From positions 92,743 to 156,742 of the forward strand of contig NW_004797971.1 in assembly GCF_000002075.1 (NCBI RefSeq): a stretch of 64,000 nucleotides of DNA. The letters are read 5' to 3'. The notes under the pieces are model-generated. The model did no database searches and was not told the DNA's origin. It was given only the letters and a program-made list of their open reading frames with translations. The DNA is from Aplysia californica. Its lineage: Eukaryota. Each line of letters begins with the position of its first letter. Position 1 is the first letter of the stretch. The position numbers were made by a program, and so were the translations under genes. Below, one piece after another: positions 18,935 to 32,549 of the stretch.

Positions 18935-21900
18935 TTCTCCGTCTGATCAATCGGAATCGCCCCAAACTCTTCCTACAACGTTTTCATCAAAATCTTTCAA
19001 AGTGTCGGTAACGCGATCAGACTTCGATCAGCTCTAATACTAAAACTACTGGCCCGAAAAATTTCATTTCGGTATCAAACGAAAGAAGAAACTTTTTGCT
19101 ATGCTGTGCAAATCAAAATCCCGGCCCCAGAGTCTCGTCAAGGCGAGACTTTCGTTTCTAAAGACGCTGGGTCGGCGCGGGCGGTTCCGGGCGAGTTAGG
19201 GTGTAATGTGTTACATTGCCATCAATGGAAATATATTATGTAGATCTTGGTGAAAAAATGTGTTGTGGTTTGTAGGCTATCTCTTAAAACAGGCTCCCAA
19301 ATGCCATTTTCAACCCTGTAAAAGCACTAAATTTCAATTTCTTCAAGCAGAATTTTCCTTACTTCTCAGCTTCAGCTAGTAGAAGCACTGTATAAAGTGC
19401 GAAAAAAAATTTCCATTGCAGATCGTCATCTCCAAGAAGTGGGGCTTCACCAAGTGGCCACGGGAAGACTACGAAAAGATGCGTGCTGACGGCATCCTGG
19501 TGCCTGATGGTGTCAACTGCCAGTACAAGCCCAACCACGGACCCTTGGATGCCTGGAGGAGCAGACAGGTCGCCCGGTCATAAGCTGAGATCAGGAGTTT
19601 GGTCAATGTGAATAAACTGTTTGAGAACAGGCAAATTTTGTTTATTTATTGTGTAGACTGTGTGAAGCCTGTTTCTGTGATTATATTGTCATTTCAGCAT
19701 TAGCGTTCGTTCTCCCTTCAATTTGTACGTGTACTGTGCGTTGTGTGTCATTTTAATGGATGGTTGATGTGTGATTTGCTCCTTCTCTCGTATCAAATAT
19801 CCGTTGTCCTTCTCTCCTTTTTATGTGTGTTATACTCTCTTGTAACACCTGTTATAATCTTAGGTACTTTTATGCAAACAAAACAACTCTTGCTAAAACT
19901 CACTTTACAAGTCCTCTCGATTTGATGTGAATTGAATACGAGTCGAAGCTGTCCATAACATTCACTGGAGATCACAGGGAGCACAAAGTCTGCTTCGACT
20001 ATCAAGGCACCCTGGAGATGGGGGGTCGCAAGAGTATGACAAACGTACAAAAGAAGTAGAGGAAAATGACGATAGTGGGGAGTAGGAAAGAAAGCAGTTA
20101 TGAGCATGACATTGTTGGATCAGCCCATTTACAATTCTACTGTGCATGAACGAGAAATGCCCATCCTTTGGGAATGGCCTAAAGACACTTCAGTCCCCCC
20201 GGGGCAGTGCCACTGACTGATTGTAGTGTCTTTAGGCCATTCCCAAAGGGGGGACATTTCTTGTTCAAGCATAGTCGAATTGTAAATGGGCTGACTCATG
20301 TCACGCTCATAACTGTTCCTGATCTACAACAGGGAACTGCTGCTTTTTCTTTCCTGATCCTTACTATTGTCATTTTCCTCTACTTCTTTTGTATGTTTGT
20401 CACTCCCTTGTGACTGTGACTTGCTATTTCCGGGTTGCCTTGATAGTCGAAGCAGACCTTGTGCTGTTGAAGCTAGAGAGGTGACCAGTGAAAGTCTGAT
20501 TCCCTGTAAAGACGTCTCTGTTGACACCCACCCCTTGGCGCTCATAAGACCTTATGTAGTTGCGAGCACCGTAAAACGTAGTTATTCGCACAGGGTGTGT
20601 GAATACTATGAAATTTTATTCGCACAGGGTGTGCGAATACTATAAAGTTGTATTCGCACAGGGTGTTTCAAAAGAAGGAAGGGAATCGGGCCTACCATTT
20701 TCTCAATTTTTTTCTCCTCATCGCGCAAGGACAAAGATCTTAGGGGCTGGATTGAACTAGAGAGTTGATTGAACTTTGGTGGACCCGCCGTGTTTATATG
20801 TATTAATGCGCACTAGGCAAACAACGGACTTATACCAGAGACAATGTACGTAAACGTTCATTGTCTCTGCTTATATTATACATTCATGGGTCCTAATCGA
20901 CCTCTACGCGAACTAGTTCCCGGCGAGGCGGAGTGAGTGAGACTTGTTCCCGGCGAGGCGGAGTGAGTGAGGGCTGCGAGTGCGAGTAGTACTAGCTGCG
21001 AGAATACCACGAGAGAGAGAGAAGGGGGGACGAGACAAAGTTGTAGATCTAAACGGACCTGCATTTTATTATCCGAATCACCGAAGAGATCGAAGTCCGG
21101 AATATCTAGGCGTCGGATGAGGACGTTTACCGCAGGAACAGGCGCAGGGTTCTCACTACAGGGTCGGGAAAAAGTAGTCGGGAATTTTGTGATGGGTCGG
21201 TAAGTCGGGAAAGTATAGGGCCTGTGTAATGTGCAGCTATCTAGACTGTATGGTTGATGAATCCTAAAGAGGAAACGTAATTGAAATTGAACCGCTGTGA
21301 CGGAAGTGTGTGTGACACCGAGGCTCGGTCGGGAAGAATCAAGATCTGCTTTCGTTACTGCCCAGAAATTTTCCGGTAATAGTCTGATAGATAACGCAAC
21401 ATTTGTAACATGCAGGTTGTGCATTATGAACGCTGTGTCGCCTTGAAAATAAATCAATATATTAAAAATTGCCCTCTGCTGTCGCTTGTGGAAAAAAGAA
21501 GTTATACAAGCGTCTTGACAGGTTCGCCCTCGTGACCGGTCAATGAACCCGTGAGTACCGGCGGTCTGAGCGCTGTGAAGTATTGGACTCCTTTATAAGA
21601 TACACTCATGGAAGGGGATTGGGGGGGGGGGGGGGAGCTGAAGGCAACGCTAGAGGACAAAAACTGAATTTGGAAGCAAATTTTTTAGCATTTTGATTAC
21701 TACTTTAGAGCTCTCTGCAAAGCGCGCGTTGGTGCAGGCCTTGTGTGGAATCAGGATCCGTCATGCCTTGTTATTGAACTAAGTGTTCGCGTTTCATTGG
21801 ATGGAGTGATTGTAATTATCTATATATTTGAATAGCTTTCTGTTCAAGACTGGCAGATTTTCAGTGTCACTGCATCTTGCACCTCACACTGAATATATGT

Positions 21901-24900
21901 GTACTTGAGCCATTCTAGTTATTACTCTACTTTGAGTTGCAGCAATGGTTTTCGTCTTCACGTTTATTATATATATATATATATATGAATCGTGACACCC
22001 AGACTGGTTATTGACAGTCGATTTTCTAGTTCTAAATCTAGGTCTTTTTTCAGGCTCAAAACAGGATTCATTTTTTTAAATATAGGGCCTATAGTTTGTT
22101 ATGTTGGCTAATATGATGATGGGAAAATATAAATAAGTAAGAACAGACTGAAATACCAAAGTCTCTCAAGATCCCAGTGCCACACTGACATGTTGTTAAC
22201 TGGATATAATGTACCTACATGTGTGTGTGTGTGTATTCACAAAAACATATACATGTATTATATTAGATATATAAATGGAGCACACGCTTTCATGCTTTCA
22301 TTGTTATGTAACGTCCTGGAAAATGGATGAGGCCCCTCCCTTAGAAAATTGAGAAGCTGGTTTGGCAGTCACCCAGTATTATAGTCATCTATTGTTTGAA
22401 GACTATACTACAAAATGTACATTTGCATTCATTTATAGACATTTTGACTTTTTATCTTTGATAGATGGGCTTTTTGGGGATCATTCTTGACGCGCAGCGG
22501 CCTGATTTTTCCGTCGAATTGGGGTCTTGAAAAAAATTTGGGGGTCTTGAAAAAATGTTCCGGGATTTGGTGGGGACCCTGTCACTATTATATTATATTA
22601 GTATTACTTGATCCCAGCCGCTGTTTCTTTTCAGGGGGAGGCAGTGGAGGGAGACCAGAAGTGGATGATTGACCAGCAGGTTCCTGATTTTCTTGATTAC
22701 ATGTCGTAGTCGTAGGCTTATTTTTGCTCCTTTTCTTTTGAGGGGGAGGCAGCGGAGGGAGACCATTAAGTGGAGGATGGACCAGCAGGTTCCTGGTTTT
22801 CTGAATTAGTCGTAGTACGCTAATTTTTGGTGGACCGCACCTTCTGCACTTAAGTTATTAGGATACTTATAGATCTAGTATTCGACAGTCCGGGGGGGGC
22901 TGCCACATGCAAATCATTCATAATAAACAGAAAAGTGGACCAGGAACATTTTATAGTTTGCTCTGCCCAAGAACTTTACTTTATAGTGGACCCACATTGC
23001 CAGCCTAGGCTAGGCCTAAGAGGTACCATGAGACTAATGAGAGACGATAGAGGCGCGGGTGAAGTTTACCAGACCAGTGAAAAGAGGGGGAGACATGGTG
23101 GAGGTATCTAGATTTGTTTCTAACGCGTACTGTAGCTATGCTGTCTTCTCAATTCAGTTCAGACTTTTTCTTCTCTTCGCTTACTTGGGCCAAGACTTGA
23201 CCGTAGTCTAGATTCTAGAAGAAATGGGGAATCGGGAAGGATTTTTACCTGTCCTGTACCGTGGTCTCCATAATCCGTATTAGATCTAGATCTAATATAT
23301 ATATACATGATGAATAACAAGCAAGCATAGAATGACCATTCCTTTCTTTAAAAAAAAATTCTTCCACTCACACCAGAATCTACTCTTAAATATATCTAGA
23401 TCTACATTAGATAAAGAAAAGTACATGTGTATAATCTGTATTTAGTAACCCATCATCATCATGCCCATGTAGATCATAGTGGGAACAATAGATCTAGACA
23501 TCTAATGGGCCTGTCTGTTCTCAGTGTCAGTGGGAATAGTTTCTTGGCCTCATCCCAGTGACACGGGAACAATTCTGGCCTATTCCCAGTGCTTTCCAAA
23601 ATTAAAACCCTTAGCCTAAAACTAAAGGTGGGATACCTGGGTGTGACAAATGAGGTCCAAAATCAACTTTATGTAGTAACTCTGTAGTAATACATCATAT
23701 TATTTATGGCCGAATGATTGCAGTTTTACTTTTAGGGACTGTTCACAAAGACCCCACCCCTCTTGTAATCTTTCCCAGGACACCCCCCCCCCCCCCCCCC
23801 CCCACTCAAGTTGCCGTCAACCAAAATTATGTACACATGTGTACGTTTAGATAGAACTTGTACAATGTGCATTTGCACCTTTGATTTTTTTTTTTATGTT
23901 TATTTATTTAAAGAATACAATAATGGTGGCGCTGCCCCTGCTTGCACTGGAACCGGATCGACTGGTACACGTATACAGCACTCAAGGGGTCTGTTTGGCC
24001 AATTTTAGTGGATCGTGTCACCACAAATTTTGTGTTATTAGTACTTTCATACTCTTTCAGAGCCTCTGTGAACTCTGAAAAGCTCTTGAACTTGGCTCCC
24101 ACTTCCATGCTGAGAATAAATCTAGAAGAACTAGATCTAGATCTAGGTGTTGAGTAATTTCAGATTTGCGATGCAATAGCCTTGGGGCCAACAGAACGCT
24201 ACTGGCAAGGTTCTCTCAGGGCTCTGTTTTGAAAAATGAAAATGCCACGCAGGTAAGCTTATTATATAGGCCAAGACTGCCTAGTTTCGCGGACTCTCGC
24301 GGCATTTGCCAATCTCGCACAGCGTTCGCAGCGCGCAACGATCTCGTGCAGCGCGCAGGTCGGGTCGACCCTGTGCGAATATAATTATTTCTTATTCGCA
24401 CACCCTGTGCGAATAATATTAATTCTTATGCGCACACCCGGTGCGAATAATATAAATTTTTATGCGCACACTCGGTGCGAATAACCACTTCCATATAAAG
24501 TCCTGTTATACCTGACCCCTGTTAAATCAGAAATGCAAGGGAAGTAATCATTTGTGGACTAATCCAGCTGTATTTATTCATGGGTAGTTTTCCTTGCCAC
24601 AAGTACTGCGACAAGTACCCACGGACAGGGGTTTTGGTCATATGGCAGTACAAAAATGTAACAGGCCTGCGCTTGACACATTGCAACTTACACGTGCATC
24701 TAGCTTGGCTTAAAACTGAAAGCTAGATTGAACGTCTGAAGTCTGCAGCAGCACACCGCAGCCTTCTCTCGCTTCACCCGCTGTGTGTGTGCTTGCGTGG
24801 TCTCTCTATCACTATCACTCTTTTTACACATTGTTAACGAGCCTTTGTCCCTGCTATAAAAACCGATGTGGCCCTGTTATTGCCGATAACTTTTAACAAA

Positions 24901-27900
24901 GAGTAGACAAAAACGGTTTCCATTCTACGAGGTCCGTCTCAGAATAATGTTTCCCTCCTCCATAAAATCAAAAGTTTGCAACCAACAGCCTCTATATTTT
25001 GTGACATCATGTCTAAGAAATCTCTATGCCAAATTGCAAGTGCATTGGTGAACGGGTCATAGAGCTGTGGCTGTGACGTATCAAGTGCGGTGTTCTTGTG
25101 CACTTTGTCCAACGCAAATACCAGGAAAATGGCTGAGCAAAACATTGGTGCAACCTTCTCATGCTACGATGTCCAAGTTGTGATCAAATTTTAAACTCTT
25201 GTTTTGTTTTTGTAAGTGTTTTACGGCGCTCGCAACTGCATAAGGTCATATGAGCGCGCGGGACACATTATTAAACTTTTTCAGTAGGTAGGAAATTTTG
25301 AATTTTGCTCGGGTGGCGGCAACTTGCACACGGCCCCTCCGAGATTCTTCGCCCTTGTCCGAGAAGGCTAGGTGTAGACCTTTCCTACCAGAAGATCAGG
25401 GGTGTGGCTGAAAAACAGCAGTAAGAAGAAGCCAAGGAGTAGCAGTAGAAAAGCTAAGCTGTAGAAAGAATCGGGAGCCCAGAGGAGGGGGGCAAAGGAA
25501 ATGAGGGAGTGGGGGCAGAAAGAGGAGACGAAAGCAGACGACATAACATTGCTAGAGAGCAGGAAAGGAGACAAATTTAGAGAAGAAATTTTTGTCACTA
25601 CCTGTATTCGAACCCGGGACCTTTGAATGATTGAGAGGTTAACACCTTAAAACCTCTAGGCCACGAGAGCCCCCAAAATTTAAACTCTTCTTCTTGGCAC
25701 GTCTGCAGCTGAAACCCGTGGTGATCAATACAAAGTAACAGGGAATAATGCCTCATCACAATTCACACAGTAAGGAAATGGATCAGGGAGGTTGAAAGAT
25801 GGGAGGTGTGACATGAAAGATGAAGCGCACACAGAAAACATGGGCAGAGAAAGGTGAAGCACTTTTTTTCGGCATGAGTGGAACATCAATGGTGTCTACT
25901 AAGTGTACAGATACGTCCTCAAAGATCAAAGACAAGCTGAGACCCGCGATCCGGACAAAAGACCCACTTTACTTGAAAAAGGCGTCATCCTGCACCATGA
26001 CAATGCGCCTGTTCACAAGTCCAGAGTTGTGAACGAGCTTTTTGTGAGGGCTACTCATGAGAAGTATTGGAACGCCCGATCTCGCCCCATGCAACTTCAA
26101 TCTATCCCCCAAGATGAAAGAAATGCTGACTGTCACTACGATTTGAGGACGAAGACCAGATTCAAGAGGCTATGGAGAAACGCACTCGGGACCTTGGACA
26201 AACGATCACTGATCACGGTCTTTGACTGCTGCGAACATGGGATATTTGAATGAGCTTTCTGTTGATACCAAATACAAGGTGATTTATAGTTATATGTGAG
26301 GACAGCATGACAGGGAAACTTTATTCTGAGACAGACCTCGTAATCGTATGTCAGTCACTCTCTTGTGAACTGCTATATCCAGGGTGCCTTGATAGTCACA
26401 GCTGACTTTGTGCTGTTGAGGTGATCAGAGTAGGCCTGATTCCCCGTGTAGACTTCTCTGCTGACATCCTCCCCTAGGCTCTCATCATATGGCCTTATGC
26501 TGTTGCAAGCGCCGTAAAACCTTACTAAAACAAACAACAGGGCATCCCTAAGGAACAGCCTTCTGGGTTGCGCTGTTCTGTAGTCGCTGCCTGAGTGCAG
26601 TTTGTGAAAGTTGAGCACCCTTTACGTGTACTCAATTTCACACTTACTTACCATCATGGGTGTGATTTAAAGCAAATTATTGTACAATTGCATTCTCTTG
26701 AAATTAGAAATAAAAAGATAAGATCATGTGTTTGCTTCATAATCAACCTTAGGAGCAAGCATGAAGTTGGTCGTGTAGCAGATTTTCTCTAAAGCGGTCT
26801 TCTGTCAAATAAATTTGTCAGTCCAACATCGAGGGAAACTTTTCTTCTACATCTAGTTTTAAAAGTCTTTGTTGACGAATTACGCAGATCTTTTGCCGTG
26901 TACAAACAATGATGATACAAGGGACGTCCGGAAAGTAAGTAGGCCTACCAGGTACCATTTAAAAATAATTATAAAAGAAATAATTTCCCCAATCAAAACG
27001 ATTTATTGTTGAATACCAGTCATGATGACTACTTCTCTACGTAGTCACCAGAACTGTCGAGGTGTCATAGCGTGGGACGAGCTTCTGAAAGCCCTCATCG
27101 TAGAAAGCTGCCGCCTGCGATGTCCGCCAATGTCGAGTCTCTCCTGTGATGTCCGTCAATGTCGAGTCTCTTCTGTGAGATCAGCGTCTGAGTCGAAGTC
27201 CTGCAGGGCCAAAAACTTTTTCAAATGCAGGAAAAGATGAAAGTCACTCGGAGCCAGGTCTGATGGATGCTTCAACTATTCCCATCCGAAGGTGGCGATC
27301 AGGTTTTGGGTGTGGGCAGACTTGTGAGGAGTTGCATTGTCGTGCAGAGGAACAACGCCGTCGCTAAGCATTCCGCGTCTTTTGTTTTGAATTTGAATCG
27401 CATTACGCAGTTTTTTAAAGTAAGTGTGTTGCAGTCAGTACACATCAGAGTTAATTGTCATCCCATTTCCCAAAAGCCAAAATTCTACTAAAAGAACTCC
27501 TTGCCTGTTCCAGGAGTAGTCATCATACAGTGGAACTCTAATTCAACGAGGTCGCCGGGCCTGACCTAAAATCTCGTTGAATCCGAGTGTTCGTTATAGC
27601 AAACACGAGGTTTTGTGTTGATAATTACAGGCAATGAGCAAGTAATGTATAAAGAGAAGTCACAAATAGTGCCTGAAATGCCTGCATATTTTGAGCTGTG
27701 TAAAAAAAAAAGGCTGATTTGTTCAAACGCACACGCCTGTGTCATCTCGATTGTTTACCAAAACGTTGAGTTGCTGTGTAGAGCCTAGCATAGGGCAACT
27801 TTTGATTCCATAGAGCAGCGCACAATTCATTACATGTACGTAGATCTAGATCTATGTCAAAACTAGCTTATCATTATAATACTTATAAGTTGCCGAGGGG

Positions 27901-27963
27901 GAAAAAAGACTGTGACGCGTTTGTATCTGCGACGTTCCACGCCCGGACCACTAGTGCCCCCCC
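18935..27963 (+). repeat. Copy 2 of ~9.2 kb duplication
   Basis: Matches 9655-18834 except scattered substitutions, small indels and one 148-bp indel. Confidence 0.97.
19422..19583 (+). other. RPL10: Duplicate of the RPL10 last exon (probable haplotype redundancy)
   Basis: Identical by eye to 10142-10303; no duplicated upstream exons. Confidence 0.85.
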
Positions 27964-28449
27964 CCCCCCCCCACCTCTCCCCGACACAGCCACACTTGTG
28001 CAGACCGCCCATCTGACCCCGACACACGCAAGAGTAGACACGTGTGCGTGCCAACAACGCATGTGTTGGTATGAAAAAAGGCCGCTGGTTAGTCGCACGC
28101 AATCAACTAAGAGAATATTGGTTCACGATGCAGGTGCAATGGGTGGTTTCCGGGAATAGATGAAGTTCGTTGTGGGAGAAAAATGAGCGAAGCCACGTCT
28201 GCGGGGGCTGTTCACCCTGGAAGCGACCTCGTTGAATCCGAGCTCACTGATTTAAGTGCTCGTTGAATCCAGGTTATTTTTTAAAATTGATTTTACAGAA
28301 GAAAAAAAAGTGGGGAATCCATCTCATCTCGTTGAATCCGAGTTCCACTGTAATATATTTGAGGTATTCAAAAATAAATCGTTTTGATAGGGGAAATTAT
28401 TTCTTTTATAATTATTTTAAAATGGTACTTACTTTCTGAACGTCTCTTG
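26918..28449 (-). mobile_element. Internally deleted mariner element with ~85-bp inverted ends
   Basis: TA TSD; ends CAAG(G/A)GACGT..AAAGTAAGTA..ATCAAAACGATTTA; minus-strand remnants GVVPLHDNATPHK and HPSDLAPSDFHLF; partial copy from ~17789 to the gap. Confidence 0.85.
27528..28350. mobile_element. Tigger/pogo-type MITE nested in the mariner
   Basis: TA TSD; TIR CAGTGGAACTC..ATTCAACGAG; partial copy at 28806-~29030; related internal sequence at ~75-195. Confidence 0.82.
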
Positions 28450-30582
28450 TAGTACGTGCGGACCCTACTGCTGGATCAGAAGCTACCTGTCATTCATTGA
28501 GTCATAGGCATTATGATTATCATGTCCGAAATCTACAAATCAAGGGTGGAGGCGTGGGTAAACAAGTTGAGTACAGCCCTTTCTGGTGTGCCTTCATGCA
28601 ATTTTATACCACACGCGGCTTATGCTGTCGTTCTAAAACTTCTAAGACCTCCAGTCCAGGCCATTTATAACAGCCTCTGTACTGTTATTACCGTATCAGT
28701 ATCTTGGATATATACAATGTAATAACAGTGGTACATGGTGAAAATCAAATTCCCGTTTCATAACTCAAGTATAACAGGGTTCAATTTGCACTGACTCAGA
28801 TAATACAGTGGAACTCGGATTCAACGAGGTCGCCGGGCCTGACCTAAAATGTCGCTGAATTCGAGTGTTCGGCAAACACGAGGTTTTGTGCAGATAATTA
28901 GTAGGCACTGAGCAAGTAATGTATAAAGAGAAGTCACAAGTAGTGCCTGAAACGCATGCATATTATGAGCTGTGTTGTGTAAATTTTAAAAAAGACCGAT
29001 TCTTCGAATGCACACGCCCATGTCATCTCGGTAGTAGGGCCAAATGTAAATCTAGAGCACTGACTGCTTTAGAACAATTAGAAGGGGGGGGGGGTGTGTG
29101 AAGGCCAGGGTTGGGCCTAGGTGGAGCGCTTGCACCAATGGCGCCCCGGCACTGGTAGTAGGCCCACAGGAACATTTAATAAACCGCAGAAAGATGACCA
29201 GAAAATACAAAATCATTCTATGATCTCCTCTTGCACTTGCAATTTTTTGGACAAGTTACCTCATTATCTTTTTTTCACACATTTTTCTTCACTATTCATG
29301 ACAATTGTTGTTTTCAGTTACATGTATTATCAATTAGCATTTTATTTTCATTGATTAGCACAATTTTAAAAAAAAATTGAGTCAGAGACTCGCCGTCTAA
29401 AAAGTCCACTGCTAAAGCTATTTTTATCAAAGAAAATGGTACAATGTGATAATATAAAAATATCCAGAAAATAATAACATTAAATTATTATGTAGGCCTA
29501 CTGAAAGACTGAGCAGATGCTTATAATCTCTGTTCTCTACTAGAATCTAGATCTAGTAAGTTTGCACAAAACAGATTATTTTTGGGGAAAAGTTGTATCT
29601 GATAAAGGTAAAAGTGACTGTTATGGTGACATTTGTTGTTATTAACTCTGACAGTGGGTGCCGCATTCAGCGAGTTCACATCCAACGAGAAGTCGGTTCC
29701 AACGAGGCAATCCTTAATCCCCGATTTTTTCCCTCTATATTAGAGACGGTCGGGAAGCGCTTTTTCCTTCCCGAGCGAGAAGACCGAAAAGCTGACCTAC
29801 TTCTCGCCGGGAACGAGAAATACTTCCCGTCTTGTGTCTCGAGCAATGCTTCTCGTCTCGTGACCAATTTCTCTTCTCGCCCCGCAGTTCGAGCCGCTCG
29901 TTCAGCGAGAAGGCCGGCCGTGGCCGAGATTTATCTTCTCGCCCCACAGAACGAGCAACTCGTTTAGCGGGAAGGCCGGTCGTTGTGGGGATCTAAACTT
30001 AGAAACTAGGCTTGCCCTGGTGCGCAGGCGGTGAAGGAAGGTAGGGAGACGACCTAGGCCTAGGCCCTGATCAACTCCCCACTCGCCTCGTCTCGCCACC
30101 CTCTCCCCCTCCTTTCAGTTTTACACACAGGACGGCACGGTGATGGGTGGCACTGTCTGCGTTGTCATTTCTTGCCTCTCACTCTCTCACTCTCGTTACA
30201 GTACCGTTACTGTTACTCGTTATGTCAAGCCAACGAGCAGTATCACGTCTCGGTACCGAGCAGTAGTTTAATGCCCGGGCAGTGACGGGAAGGGCGTTTC
30301 TCGCGAGAAACGAGTACTCGGCTCGTCTCGGGCCCGCCCCTACTCTATTTCTCTTTGTAAATGTGCGTCGAGGTTGCAAACAGACCGAAGTCGCTTTCAA
30401 CGAGCTCGCGATAACCGAATAAAAACAATTAGCGGCCCCAAAAGCGAATACTTTTTCTCCTTTCTCTCCATCTCACGCGAAGCAGAAGGCTTAGGCGTTT
30501 TCAGTCCAGGACCTGTATCCCGGACGATTGGCTCCGGTATTGAGGGCCGGGGTGGTCGACCTTATCTTGATAAGCTCGCCTC

Positions 30583-31767
30583 GGCGCTTTTCCCTTTCGT
30601 CAACCTGCAGCCACCTCCCGATTCGTCAGCCACCTCCCAACCTTTGACACGGGTCAAACTTCCATCTATTTATAGGTAGTTAAATCTACCGGAACATGTA
30701 TTAGGCGAAGTGATGTGCACTGATAGTCGAAATAGAGAGATTGTTTTGGTCTCTCTTTACACATCTGCACCACACGAATTTAATTGATGTTTTTCCCTGG
30801 ACTCTGCCTTTACTAAAGTCTCGAATCTAGATCTAGTTGTAATCTAGTTGCANNNNNNNNNNNNNNNNNNNNNNNNNNNNNNNNNNNNNNNNNNNNNNNN
30901 NNNNNNNNNNNNNNNNNNNNNNNNNNNNNNNNNNNNNNNNNNNNNNNNNNNNNNNNNNNNNNNNNNNNNNNNNNNNNNNNNNNNNNNNNNNNNNNNNNNN
31001 NNNNNNNNNNNNNNNNNNNNNNNNNNNNNNNNNNNNNNNNNNNNNNNNNNNNNNNNNNNNNNNNNNNNNNNNNNNNNNNNNNNNNNNNNNNNNNNNNNNN
31101 NNNNNNNNNNNNNNNNNNNNNNNNNNNNNNNNNNNNNNNNNNNNNNNNNNNNNNNNNNNNNNNNNNNNNNNNNNNNNNNNNNNNNNNNNNNNNNNNNNNN
31201 NNNNNNNNNNNNNNNNNNNNNNNNNNNNNNNNNNNNNNNNNNNNNNNNNNNNNNNNNNNNNNNNNNNNNNNNNNNNNNNNNNNNNNNNNNNNNNNNNNNN
31301 NNNNNNNNNNNNNNNNNNNNNNNNNNNNNNNNNNNNNNNNNNNNNNNNNNNNNNNNNNNNNNNNNNNNNNNNNNNNNNNNNNNNNNNNNNNNNNNNNNNN
31401 NNNNNNNNNNNNNNNNNNNNNNNNNNNNNNNNNNNNNNNNNNNNNNNNNNNNNNNNNNNNNNNNNNNNNNNNNNNNNNNNNNNNNNNNNNNNNNNNNNNN
31501 NNNNNNNNNNNNNNNNNNNNNNNNNNNNNNNNNNNNNNNNNNNNNNNNNNNNNNNNNNNNNNNNNNNNNNNNNNNNNNNNNNNNNNNNNNNNNNNNNNNN
31601 NNNNNNNNNNNNNNNNTATATCGCGACTATCACTCACGGCACATCACTTCACCTATACATGTTCCGGTAACTACCTATAAATAGATGGAAGTTTGACCCG
31701 TGTCAAAGGTTTGTATGTGGCTGACGATTCGGGAAGTGGCTGCGGGTTGACGAAAGGGAAAAGCGCC
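30583..31767. mobile_element. Mutator-like element with ~145-bp TIRs spanning a gap
   Basis: 30583-30729 is the reverse complement of 31627-31767; ends GGCGCTTTT/AAAAGCGCC; flanks TCGCCTC/TCGTCTC. Confidence 0.6.
30853..31616. other. Assembly gap
   Basis: N run. Confidence 1.
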
Positions 31768-32549
31768 TCGTCTCGACACCGGTCCTTATCTTATCGAGGA
31801 TCAATGTGAAAAGCGTGATTAAATGCGAAAAGCGGCGATAGGCAGATGTTCTTATACTAATACGTATACAGGTGATGGAACGTTTTTGCGTGCCGATAGT
31901 GTAATAGTAATGTGTGTAGTGTGTAGCCGTCTAGTCTGTCTAATCTCCTAGCCTCGTCATTGTTTCATTCAGTCCTCTTGGGTGTACACGTTTTTTTTTC
32001 GTTTGGATGTATTTTCACTACCCTCAATTCTAAATTCTAAGGATTAAATTTGTGCTAATATTTATGTGTGTTAGTGTGCAGCCCAGATTCTAGTTTTCTT
32101 TCATCATGAATGTTATTGTTACTAAAATCTACTGTTACTGTGAAAACGTTTTCTGCTGACACTCAGTTTCAGCGCAATGAACTGTGTGAGCAACATTTGA
32201 ACATGGGAAGAAAGTGTAGGGGATGGGGTAGTAGAAGTGGTTATGCCATCCAAAAGGGAGATGCACAATAACCATAATATAGATTTCCAAAAGATTCGGA
32301 AAACAGCACAGTGGATCAAAAGAGTTCCAAATAAATTAATCGTAGAAGATGTCACGGATGATATATATATTATATATGAGCTCAGGTCAAAAGGTGACAA
32401 AATGTTCTCATTTTTTTAAGAATGGCTTATTCAGCACCAACATTGCTTCTATTTACAAGAGAAATGTGTGCTCCACCAGAACTGGCAAGTTTTGGGATAG
32501 TTTTTATCCCCCTTTTGTGAGAAAACAACCAAATGCTTGGCTATCCAGA

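Noticed and set aside
19422-19583. Second RPL10 gene
   Set aside because: Only the last exon, inside the probable assembly duplication
20876-21457. 193-aa ORF inside the 3.9 kb element
   Set aside because: Interrupted by a stop in the other copy, non-ATG start, no recognisable domain
30813-31684. Long ORFs of 266-278 aa (also ORFs over 18835-18934 and 60189-60397)
   Set aside because: Artefacts of translating N runs
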